From: Hydrurus foetidus
Taxonomy: Eukaryota
Direction: 5' to 3'
Length of the DNA: 20,000 bases
Assembly: GCA_900617105.1 (NCBI GenBank)
Contig: UYFQ01000004.1
Coordinates: forward strand, 419,775 to 439,774
Shown in pieces: positions 1 to 7,320 of the stretch. A program made the position numbers and the translations under genes. Each line of letters opens with the position of its first letter. Within the stretch, counting starts at the first letter, position 1. The notes beneath the pieces were generated by a model. That model was not told where the DNA came from. It saw only the letters and a list, made by a program, of their open reading frames with translations, and did no database searches.

Positions 1-1
1 C

Positions 2-1864
2 ACACCGGTCTACCCCAGCACCGCCGCCTTGCCGCAGAACTACCTGCGCCGGGCGGTGCAGATCGGGCTGGAGCGCTCGGACTTGTCAGAAACCTTGCCC
101 GACGATGACGGGCTGCTTGATTCGGACGATATTCCAGATCAAATACGCCTTATCCGCTCATGGAATCTGCGTGAGTCGCTCACTTTTTTGCACTACCCAG
201 CGCCCGACACCACGCTCGCCGCACTGGAAGACCACAGCCACCCTGCGTGGCAACGGCTCAAGGCGGAGGAGCTGCTGGCCCAGCAACTCTCGCAGTTACA
301 AGCCCGGCGCGAGCATGACTGGCTGCGGGCACCTCGGTTGGCGGCCCCACCCAAAAACAAGAAAACGGGCCTGACAGCCCATCCCGCGCTCACAGACCAA
401 CTGCTGGCTGCGCTACCGTTTGGGCTGACCGGCGCGCAAACGCGGGTGGTCGCAGAGATTGCGGCGGATTTGGCACGCAAAGCCGATACCACCCTGGGCC
501 CCGGCAAAGTGTGGAACGGCATCCCCATGCACCGCCTGCTGCAAGGCGACGTGGGTTCTGGCAAAACCGTGGTGGCGGCGATGGCGGCGGCGCTGTGTAT
601 CGACGCCGGTTGGCAGTGCGCCCTGATGGTGCCCACCGAAATCCTTGCGCAACAGCACTTTGCCAAGCTGGTGAATTGGCTGGAGCCGCTGCTCGCGCCC
701 CGTGGGCAGCGTGTGGCGTGGCTGACCGGCAGCCAAAAGAAAAAGCACCGCACCGAGATGCTGGCGCTGATCGCCAGTGGCGAGGCAGCGCTGGTGGTGG
801 GCACGCACGCCGTTATCCAGGCGCAGGTGCAGTTCCACAACCTGGCGCTGGCCATCATTGACGAACAGCACCGCTTTGGCGTACAGCAGCGTTTGGCCTT
901 GCGAGAAAAGATGCATAAAGTGCCTTTACCTCATACAAAATATGCGGTAACAGCTATCGATAATGAAGCAACCCCTATAGACGCTACCGCTACCGTGTCA
1001 GAAGCCGCAGCCGTCCCAGATGTCCAATGCGAGCCCCATCTGCTGATGATGACAGCCACGCCCATTCCACGCACCTTGGCGATGAGCTACTACGCTGACT
1101 TGAACGTCTCCACCCTTGACGAATTACCCCCTGGCCGCACCCCCGTCGTCACCAAGCTGGTGGACGAGCACCGGCGCGACGAGGTGGTGGAGCGCATCCG
1201 CGCCCAAATCGCACAAGGGCGGCAAATTTACTGGGTCTGCCCGCTGATTGAAGAGAGCGAGCACATCGACCTCATCAACGCCACCGCCACCCACGAAACC
1301 TTGTGCGTGGCCCTGCCCGGCTTGCTCATCGGCCTGCTGCATTCCCGCATGACCAGCGCCGAAAAACAGGCGGTGATGGCGATGTTCACCGAGGGCCACA
1401 TGGCGGTGCTGGTCAGCACCACGGTGATCGAGGTGGGTGTGGACGTGCCCAATGCCAGCCTGATGGTGATCGAGCATGCCGAGCGCTTTGGCCTTTCTCA
1501 ATTGCACCAACTGCGTGGCCGCGTAGGCCGGGGCGCCGCGGCTTCGGCCTGCGTGCTGCTGTATTCCAAAGGCGAAAACGGCCGACTAAGCGACACCGCC
1601 AAAGCCCGCCTCAAAGCCATGGCGGAGACCAGCGACGGCTTCGAGATCGCCCGACGCGACCTCGATATTCGCGGCCCCGGCGAGTTTCTGGGGGCACGTC
1701 AATCGGGTGCGCCCCTGCTGCGCTTTGCCGACCTGAGCACCGACACCGCCCTGCTGGAATGGGCGCGTGCCCTGGCCCCGCGCATGCTGGACACCCACCC
1801 CGAACTGGCCGAGCGCCATGTGGCCCGCTGGTTAGGGGGAAAATCGGATTACTTGAAAGCTTGA
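2..1864 (+). CDS. recG: ATP-dependent DNA helicase RecG (5' end lies upstream of the window)
   Basis: Frame is open from base 2 (TPVYPSTAALPQ...). Motifs: LPFGLTGAQ, RLLQGDVGSGKT (Walker A), DEQHRFGVQQR, TATPIPRTL, STTVIEVGVDVPNAS, QLHQLRGRVGRG, DLDIRGPGEFLGARQSG. Confidence 0.97.
   Translation, partial: TPVYPSTAALPQNYLRRAVQIGLERSDLSETLPDDDGLLDSDDIPDQIRLIRSWNLRESLTFLHYPAPDTTLAALEDHSHPAWQRLKAEELLAQQLSQLQARREHDWLRAPRLAAPPKNKKTGLTAHPALTDQLLAALPFGLTGAQTRVVAEIAADLARKADTTLGPGKVWNGIPMHRLLQGDVGSGKTVVAAMAAALCIDAGWQCALMVPTEILAQQHFAKLVNWLEPLLAPRGQRVAWLTGSQKKKHRTEMLALIASGEAALVVGTHAVIQAQVQFHNLALAIIDEQHRFGVQQRLALREKMHKVPLPHTKYAVTAIDNEATPIDATATVSEAAAVPDVQCEPHLLMMTATPIPRTLAMSYYADLNVSTLDELPPGRTPVVTKLVDEHRRDEVVERIRAQIAQGRQIYWVCPLIEESEHIDLINATATHETLCVALPGLLIGLLHSRMTSAEKQAVMAMFTEGHMAVLVSTTVIEVGVDVPNASLMVIEHAERFGLSQLHQLRGRVGRGAAASACVLLYSKGENGRLSDTAKARLKAMAETSDGFEIARRDLDIRGPGEFLGARQSGAPLLRFADLSTDTALLEWARALAPRMLDTHPELAERHVARWLGGKSDYLKA
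141..195 (+). repeat. Dispersed ~55-bp motif, copy 1 (inside recG)
   Basis: aaata cgcct tatccgctca tggaatc tgcgtgag tcgctc actttttt gcacta. Confidence 0.6.
916..970 (+). repeat. Dispersed ~55-bp motif, copy 2 (inside a recG insertion)
   Basis: taaag tgcct ttacctcata caaaata tgcggtaa cagcta tcgataat gaagca. Confidence 0.65.
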
Positions 1865-1870
1865 ACAACC

Positions 1871-2746
1871 ATGACGACCTCCCCTGAAAACACCTCCGCT
1901 GCCATCGCCCCCAGTGAGGCGATCGACATCACTGATGAAACCGCCTACACCGTCTGGACAGACGACGATGCCCAGGCCTTCAACGATGTGCTGATGCACC
2001 CCACGCTGGTCAACGGCCCCATGCCCGAATTGCTGGAAGGCTTCATCACCGGCGCGGTGATCTCACCCTTCAATGGGCTGGCCGATGAGCTGCTGAGTGC
2101 GCTGTTTGAAGTGCATGACATGGACTGGCCCACGCTGGACGAGGCGGTGCGCACACCCTTGGCGGCCCTCACGCAAAAGCGCATGGACGCGATCTTGGAC
2201 GGCCTCGACCAGGAAATGACCGCCCAGCAAACCAAAACCCTGCTGCCCGATGACGCCTACTTTGTGCCCTTGCTGACAGATTGGAAGCAGGTAGGCGTTG
2301 ACTTGGCCGAAGAAGCCAAAGCGGAACAGGCATCCACCGAACCTGCACAAGCCACACCACCCGCAGAATCTGCCGCAACAGCCACCGCTGACCTGCCCCG
2401 CATGGCCGAACTCTGGGCGCGCGGCATGGCGCTGGCCTATTCGATGCTGGAAGACGGCCATTGGCAGCTGCTGGACAAACGCGAACGCAAAGAGTTGCCA
2501 CGCCTCTACGCCCCCATCGACAAACTGCACGCCGAAGGCAAAGCCGCCGTCACCAACGAGCGCCAGCGCCTCAAGCTGTTTGACGAGAGCATGGCCAACA
2601 TCGGTGCGCTGTACATGCTGTCGCAAAAACTGTACGAGCGCATGGCCGTCACGCCCGCGCCCATCAGCAAGGCCGTGGTGCCAGGGCGCAATGACCCCTG
2701 CTCTTGCGGCAGTGGGCAAAAATACAAAAAATGCTGCGGAGCTTGA
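1871..2746 (+). CDS. YecA/UPF0149-like protein with C-terminal SEC-C zinc-binding motif
   Basis: Acidic helical N-terminal part with LEGFITGAVISP and LWARGM, as in UPF0149 proteins; C-terminal PGRNDPCSCGSGQKYKKCCG SEC-C motif. Confidence 0.8.
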   Translation: MTTSPENTSAAIAPSEAIDITDETAYTVWTDDDAQAFNDVLMHPTLVNGPMPELLEGFITGAVISPFNGLADELLSALFEVHDMDWPTLDEAVRTPLAALTQKRMDAILDGLDQEMTAQQTKTLLPDDAYFVPLLTDWKQVGVDLAEEAKAEQASTEPAQATPPAESAATATADLPRMAELWARGMALAYSMLEDGHWQLLDKRERKELPRLYAPIDKLHAEGKAAVTNERQRLKLFDESMANIGALYMLSQKLYERMAVTPAPISKAVVPGRNDPCSCGSGQKYKKCCGA

Positions 2747-3715
2747 ATGACCCTCACCGAACTCAAATACATCGTTGCACTGGCCCGAGAAAAGCACTTC
2801 GGCCATGCGGCTGAAGCCTGCCATGTCTCGCAGCCTACGCTGTCCGTCGCCATCAAAAAGCTGGAAGAAGAGCTGGAAATCAAGCTCTTTGAGCGCAGCG
2901 CCAACGAGGTGACGGTGACACCGCTGGGCGAAGAAATCGTGCAGCAAGCGCAAAGCGTGCTGGAGCAGTCAGCCAAAATCCGTGACATCGCCAAACGCGG
3001 CAAAGACCCGCTGGCCGGGGCCCTGCGGCTGGGGGTCATCTACACCATTGGCCCGTATTTGCTGCCTGACCTGGTGCGCCAAGCCATCGCCAGCGTGCCG
3101 CAAATGCCGCTGATGCTGCAAGAGAACTTCACCGTCAAGCTGCTGGAGATGCTGCGCACCGGCGAGATCGACTGCGCCATCATGGCCGAGCCCTTCCCCG
3201 ATGCAGGCCTGGCCGCCGCCGCGCTGTACGACGAGCCGTTTTTGGCCGCAGTACCCAGCCAGCACCCCCTGGCCAAGCAAGACAGCGTGACGGCAGAAAC
3301 CCTCAAAAAAGAAACCTTGCTGCTGCTGGGCAACGGACACTGCTTTCGTGACCATGTGCTGGAGGTCTGCCCTGAGTTCGCCCGGTTTTCGAGTGATGCA
3401 GAGGGCATTCGCAAGAGCTTTGAAGGCTCATCGCTGGAAACCATCAAACACATGGTGGCGGCGGGCATGGGCGTGACATTGGTGCCGCGTTTGTCGGTGC
3501 CCAAAGAGGCGCTGGAGCGCAGCCACGCCCGGCGGCGTAAGACGGATGAATTCCTCGTCAACTACCTGCCCATCACCGATGCCCACGGTGCACCACCGCC
3601 CATGCGCCGCGTGGTGCTGGTGTGGCGCAAAAGCTTTACCCGTTATGAGGCGATTGCCGCGCTGCGCAACGCCGTGTACGCCTGTGAACTGCCTGGCGTG
3701 AAACGCTTGTCATGA
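2747..3715 (+). CDS. oxyR: Hydrogen-peroxide-sensing LysR-family regulator OxyR
   Basis: LysR HTH (HFGHAAEACHVSQPTLSVAIKKLEEEL); redox pair GHCFRDHVLEVC (C-x8-C); SSLETIKHMVAAGMG; linked to recG. Confidence 0.92.
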   Translation: MTLTELKYIVALAREKHFGHAAEACHVSQPTLSVAIKKLEEELEIKLFERSANEVTVTPLGEEIVQQAQSVLEQSAKIRDIAKRGKDPLAGALRLGVIYTIGPYLLPDLVRQAIASVPQMPLMLQENFTVKLLEMLRTGEIDCAIMAEPFPDAGLAAAALYDEPFLAAVPSQHPLAKQDSVTAETLKKETLLLLGNGHCFRDHVLEVCPEFARFSSDAEGIRKSFEGSSLETIKHMVAAGMGVTLVPRLSVPKEALERSHARRRKTDEFLVNYLPITDAHGAPPPMRRVVLVWRKSFTRYEAIAALRNAVYACELPGVKRLS

Positions 3716-4665
3716 CCACCACATTGAAACCCCAAACAGGCATCCTCGGGCCGCTGCCAGATTTTGGGCGTTACTTGTTTTTCGCGTTGGGCGAACCCGA
3801 TGCCGCGCCCTCTGTGTTCACCGCCGCACTCGCCGCCCTGAGTCGTTTGGCGAATGGCAAATCCACCGTCGTTGGCATCGGTGCCAGCACAGTCGCCGCT
3901 TTAGGTGCCACAGTGCCGGGTCTGCGGGAATTCCCTAGCCTGAGCACGGTCAAAACCGCAGCCCGACCAGCGTTGAAATTGCCGGCGAACACCACTGCAC
4001 TGTGGTGCTGGCTGCGTGGTGGTGAGGGCGAAGACCAAGGCCACCTGCTACATCGCAGTCGCCACATCGAAGCCGCCCTGGCCCCAGCGTTCAAACTGGT
4101 GCAAGTCGTTGATGGCTTTTGCCACGCCCGCAACACCAGCACGGGTCATGGGCGCGACCTTACCGGCTATGAAGATGGCACCGAAAACCCCACAGGACGC
4201 GCAGCCCGCGCCGCCACGCTCGTCGCGGGCCTTGGTGCGGGCATGGACGGCAGCAGCTTTGTCGCCGTTCAACAATGGCAGCACGATTGGAAAGCCATCA
4301 ACGGCATGGCGCAACACACCCAAGATACCAGCATAGGCCGCCGCCAATCCGACAACGAAGAGCTGAAAGACGCGCCCGCATCCGCCCACGTCAAGCGCAC
4401 AGCCCAAGAAGATTTCAGCCCCGAAGCCTTCGTCACCCGCCGCTCCATGCCTTGGGTTGAGGGACAAAAGAGCGGGCTGCTGTTCGTCGCTTTTAGCCAC
4501 ACATTGGATGCGTTTGAGGCCCAACTGCGCCGCATGGCAGGCTTGGACGACGGCGTGGTGGACGCGCTGTTCACGATGTCGCGCCCGCTGACGGGGGCCT
4601 ATTTTTGGTGCCCTCCCATGCAGGGCAGGCAACTCGATCTGCGCCAACTCGGCATAACGCCCTGA
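3712..4665 (+). CDS. Dye-decolorizing (DyP-type) heme peroxidase
   Basis: RDLTGYEDGTENP (GXXDG motif), GSSFVAVQQWQH, proximal His in SAHVKR, RRSMPW, DALFTMSRPLTGAYFWCP. ATGA overlap with the oxyR stop. Confidence 0.92.
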   Translation: MTTTLKPQTGILGPLPDFGRYLFFALGEPDAAPSVFTAALAALSRLANGKSTVVGIGASTVAALGATVPGLREFPSLSTVKTAARPALKLPANTTALWCWLRGGEGEDQGHLLHRSRHIEAALAPAFKLVQVVDGFCHARNTSTGHGRDLTGYEDGTENPTGRAARAATLVAGLGAGMDGSSFVAVQQWQHDWKAINGMAQHTQDTSIGRRQSDNEELKDAPASAHVKRTAQEDFSPEAFVTRRSMPWVEGQKSGLLFVAFSHTLDAFEAQLRRMAGLDDGVVDALFTMSRPLTGAYFWCPPMQGRQLDLRQLGITP

Positions 4666-4683
4666 CCCATCCAGCACAGCCGC

Positions 4684-5526
4684 ATGAAGCTCTACCTCGA
4701 TTTGATCCGTTGGAACCGCCCCGCTGGCTGGTTGCTGCTGCTCTGGCCCACCCTCAGTGCACTGTGGATCGCCGCTGGCGGTTTCCCTGGTTGGCATTTG
4801 CTGGCGGTGTTCACGGCAGGCACCATCTTGATGCGCAGCGCAGGCTGCTGTGTGAACGACGTAGCCGACCAAGACTTTGACCGCCACGTCAAGCGTACCG
4901 CACAGCGCCCCGTTACCAGCGGCGCACTCAGCGTACGCGCTGCATTGGTGTTTGGCGCGGTGCTGGCGTTGGCCGCGTTTGCGCTGGTGCTGACGACCAA
5001 CCGCATCACCGTGCTGTGGTCGTTCGCCGCCCTGGCCTTGACGCTGGTGTACCCCTTCGCCAAACGCGTTGTATCCATGCCGCAAGCCGTGCTGGGCGTG
5101 GCGTTCAGCTTCGGCATCCCGATGGCTTTTGCCGCAGTGCTTGGCACCGTGCCCCCGCAAGCATGGCTGCTGCTGCTGGGCAATTTGTTTTGGGTGCTGG
5201 CCTACGACACCGAATACGCCATGGTGGACCGCGACGACGACCTCAAAATTGGCATGAAAACCTCCGCCATCACACTGGGCCGCTGGGATGTGGGCTTTGT
5301 GATGCTCAGCTACGCACTTTTTCTGCTGATTTGGGTTTTAGCGCTTGATGGGCGGGCGTGGAATGCTGCGTTTTTTACAGCAATCGCTGTTGCTGCTGGG
5401 CAAGCGCTGTGGCACTTCCAGCTGATCCGAGGACGCACCCGAGAAGGCTGCTTCAAAGCCTTCCGGTTGAACCACTGGGTGGGGTTCGCGGTGTTTGTGG
5501 GGGTGGTGTTGGGGTATGGGGTGTAA
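4684..5526 (+). CDS. ubiA: 4-hydroxybenzoate octaprenyltransferase
   Basis: [33 protein letters not shown] and [13 protein letters not shown]sp-rich motifs; multiple hydrophobic segments. Confidence 0.96.
   Translation: MKLYLDLIRWNRPAGWLLLLWPTLSALWIAAGGFPGWHLLAVFTAGTILMRSAGCCVNDVADQDFDRHVKRTAQRPVTSGALSVRAALVFGAVLALAAFALVLTTNRITVLWSFAALALTLVYPFAKRVVSMPQAVLGVAFSFGIPMAFAAVLGTVPPQAWLLLLGNLFWVLAYDTEYAMVDRDDDLKIGMKTSAITLGRWDVGFVMLSYALFLLIWVLALDGRAWNAAFFTAIAVAAGQALWHFQLIRGRTREGCFKAFRLNHWVGFAVFVGVVLGYGV
5328..5382 (+). repeat. Dispersed ~55-bp motif, copy 3 (inside ubiA)
   Basis: gattt gggtt ttagcgcttg atgggcg ggcgtgga atgctg cgtttttt acagca. Confidence 0.6.
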
Positions 5527-5561
5527 AGCCTGGTGGATTCCCCGCGAATACCCCGCAATCC

Positions 5562-5575
5562 CGCATGAATGCTGG
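5562..5575. repeat. 14-bp direct repeat, left copy (CGCATGAATGCTGG)
   Basis: Identical to 6452-6465. Confidence 0.75.
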
Positions 5576-5598
5576 GTTGTGCCCCCTGTTGTAGAAGG

Positions 5599-5652
5599 TT
5601 TTACCCCTCAAAAAATGAGGTAAATTCAGCCCATTGCGGTAAACTGACCGCA
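5599..5652 (+). promoter_or_regulatory. Putative promoter/operator of the toxin-antitoxin pair
   Basis: Inverted repeats CCTCA-aaaaa-TGAGG (5606-5620) and TGCGGT-aaactg-ACCGCA (5635-5652). -10-like TAAACT (5640-5645) ends 6 nt before the ATG. Confidence 0.45.
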
Positions 5653-5906
5653 TGAAAACCGCTGCATCCTTCACCGCCAAGCCTGCAAAACCTGGGTACT
5701 TTCCGATACCGGGTATTGCACCTGCACAAGGCAAAGGGCGGACACAAGCCACCTCCATCGTGCTGAAAACCACGACTAACCCGAAGCGGCAGCACGCCGC
5801 CATCGGCAAGCTGGTGCAAATGTGCAGGGAATCCGAAGTGGTGGCCGTTGTCAACCGAGGCATCACCGCAGAAGTGCGCAGAAACCGGGATCGGGGCAAT
5901 GACTGA
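5652..5906 (+). CDS. Small basic hypothetical protein, putative antitoxin of the downstream PIN toxin
   Basis: 84 aa; its stop overlaps the toxin start (ATGACTGA, 5899-5906); C-terminus ITAEVRRNRDRG resembles VapB-type tails. No DNA-binding fold recognised. Confidence 0.55.
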   Translation: MKTAASFTAKPAKPGYFPIPGIAPAQGKGRTQATSIVLKTTTNPKRQHAAIGKLVQMCRESEVVAVVNRGITAEVRRNRDRGND

Positions 5907-6323
5907 GCTGGTCGTGATTGATGCCAGCGTGTTGCTGGCGATCGCGTTACCTGACCCACAAGCCAACAAAGATTACGTCATGGCCTTGCTGTTCGCCATC
6001 GACAAGGGCGACGTGACCCCTGTCATGACGCAGCTTTGCCACCATGAGATTGCCGCAAAACTGGTGCGCAAGGTACGAGGCTTGACGATCACAGCAGCCA
6101 AAGCCCGCGAGTTTTTCGACTTGGTGACCGATATCAGCTTTCAGCACGTCGTAGACCTGCGAGACGCTGAAAACCTGTTTTCTGACGCGATGAATTTGGG
6201 CTGTGGCAGCTACGACGCAGCCTATGTGCGAGCAGCGCTGGACAATGGCGCTCAGCTGGCAACGCTGGATAAAAGCTGATGCCGCATTTGGTGACAAGCG
6301 GCGTTCATTGGTGGATTCCATGA
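5899..6323 (+). CDS. vapC: VapC/PIN-domain ribonuclease toxin (in-frame stop at 6277-6279; probable frameshift extends it to 6323)
   Basis: MTELVVIDASV, HEIAAKL, SYDAAYVRAA and LATLD supply the four acidic PIN residues. One extra A in GATAAAAGCTG gives LATLDKKLMPHLVTSGVHWWIP*. Confidence 0.82.
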
Positions 6324-6418
6324 ACACACTTGGGGTGTAGTCGCAGGAAGGGGTGTGCTGGTGGATCCTCTGCGGTAGGCTTTGCCGCTGCTCTTTGTAG
6401 AAAAGAGGGGCGAAATGT

Positions 6419-6453
6419 AAAACGCCTCAGAACCCTAAAAGGGCGCTGAGGCG
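6419..6453 (-). terminator. Rho-independent terminator of tRNA-Phe
   Basis: Minus strand reads CGCCTCAG-cg-CCC-tttta-GGG-tt-CTGAGGCG-TTTT, starting 10 nt after CCA. Confidence 0.75.
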
Positions 6454-6465
6454 CATGAATGCTGG
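6452..6465. repeat. 14-bp direct repeat, right copy, overlapping the tRNA CCA end
   Basis: Identical to 5562-5575; its last three bases (TGG) are the complement of the tRNA CCA. Confidence 0.75.
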
Positions 6466-6538
6466 TGGCCCGGGGCGGAATCGAACCACCGACACAAGGA
6501 TTTTCAATCCTCTGCTCTACCGACTGAGCTACCAGGCC
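6463..6538 (-). tRNA. tRNA-Phe (GAA)
   Basis: 76 nt: GGCCTGGTAGCTCAGTCGGTAGAGCAGAGGATTGAAAATCCTTGTGTCGGTGGTTCGATTCCGCCCCGGGCCACCA. Anticodon GAA, T-loop GTTCGA, encoded CCA. Confidence 0.98.
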
Positions 6539-6544
6539 TAACTG

Positions 6545-6582
6545 AGCCTCAAATTATATATCAATTTGCGGCCCGTTTTCCA
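6545..6582 (-). promoter_or_regulatory. sigma70-like promoter of tRNA-Phe, overlapping the 3' end of the response regulator gene
   Basis: Perfect TATAAT at 6558-6553; TGGAAA (-35-like) at 6582-6577 with an 18-nt spacer; tRNA begins 14 nt after the -10 box. Confidence 0.65.
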
Positions 6583-7283
6583 CGGGTGAGGTCAACACCC
6601 AGTTGTTTCAGTTTGCGGTACAGGTGGGTACGCTCCAAACCGGTCTTTTCGGCGACGCGGGTCATGGATCCACCCTCTTGGCCGAGGTGGAACTCGAAGT
6701 AGGCTTTTTCGAACTCATCGCGGGCGTTACGCAGGGGCTTGTCTAAATCAAAAATTTGGCGGCCTTGCGGGCCAGTGTCGGTCATGTCTGCGTGCAGGGG
6801 AGTGCTGGCACCACTGGCCACGGCGGCGAGTGACTGGCCCGTGCTGAGTGCAGTTTGCGGCTTGGTGGGCCAATCGGAGGGGGGTGACGCTTGCACAGCA
6901 GCGGCGGCTTTGCGCAGGGACGTGTAAGTGAGCGCTTGCGAGACTGCTTTGAGCAGTTTTTGCATCGTGATGGGCTTTTCCAAGAACGAATGCGCACCGA
7001 TTTTGGTGGCTTCTACAGCGGTGTCGATGGTGGCGTGGCCGCTCATCATGATGACGGGCATGGTCAGCAAGCCGGCGCTGGCCCACTCTTTCAGCAGCGT
7101 CACGCCATCGGTATCGGGCATCCAGATGTCGAGCAAGACCAGATCGGGGCGGCCATTTTGCCGGGCGGTGCGGGCTTGGGCTGCGTTTTCGGCCAGCTCG
7201 ACGTTGTGCCCTTCGTCGTTGAGGATTTCGGACAACAGGTCGCGAATACCGTGCTCATCGTCTACCACCAGTATGTTTGCCAT
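6561..7283 (-). CDS. ntrX: NtrX-like response regulator (receiver + Fis-type HTH, no AAA+ domain)
   Basis: ILVVDDE, LLDIWMPDTDG, MMSGHATIDTAVEATKIGA, FLEKP; C-terminal ARDEFEKAYF...VAEKTGLERTHLYRKLKQLG. Position in the rsmB-DUF4390-kinase-regulator cluster. Confidence 0.85.
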   Translation of the reverse strand: MANILVVDDEHGIRDLLSEILNDEGHNVELAENAAQARTARQNGRPDLVLLDIWMPDTDGVTLLKEWASAGLLTMPVIMMSGHATIDTAVEATKIGAHSFLEKPITMQKLLKAVSQALTYTSLRKAAAAVQASPPSDWPTKPQTALSTGQSLAAVASGASTPLHADMTDTGPQGRQIFDLDKPLRNARDEFEKAYFEFHLGQEGGSMTRVAEKTGLERTHLYRKLKQLGVDLTRGKRAAN

Positions 7284-7320
7284 GATGAAGTGTGCTTAAG
7301 TGGAATGCTGGGGTGACGTA

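Noticed and set aside
4620..4665. DyP C-terminus as an encapsulin cargo-loading peptide
   Set aside because: It ends LDLRQLGITP directly after the fold, with no linker or GSLxIGSL-type motif, and there is no encapsulin gene nearby.
2063..5183. Minus-strand ORFs overlapping the SEC-C gene, oxyR, DyP and ubiA (e.g. 4048-5160)
   Set aside because: Antisense shadows of well-supported genes.
5848..5898. Upstream TTG start for the PIN ORF
   Set aside because: ATG at 5899 gives the canonical PIN N-terminus and an 8-bp overlap with the upstream gene.
6357..6468. GCTGGTGG (E. coli Chi octamer) twice near the tRNA
   Set aside because: A common octamer in GC-rich DNA; one copy is simply the tRNA end, and this Chi sequence is not established for this lineage.
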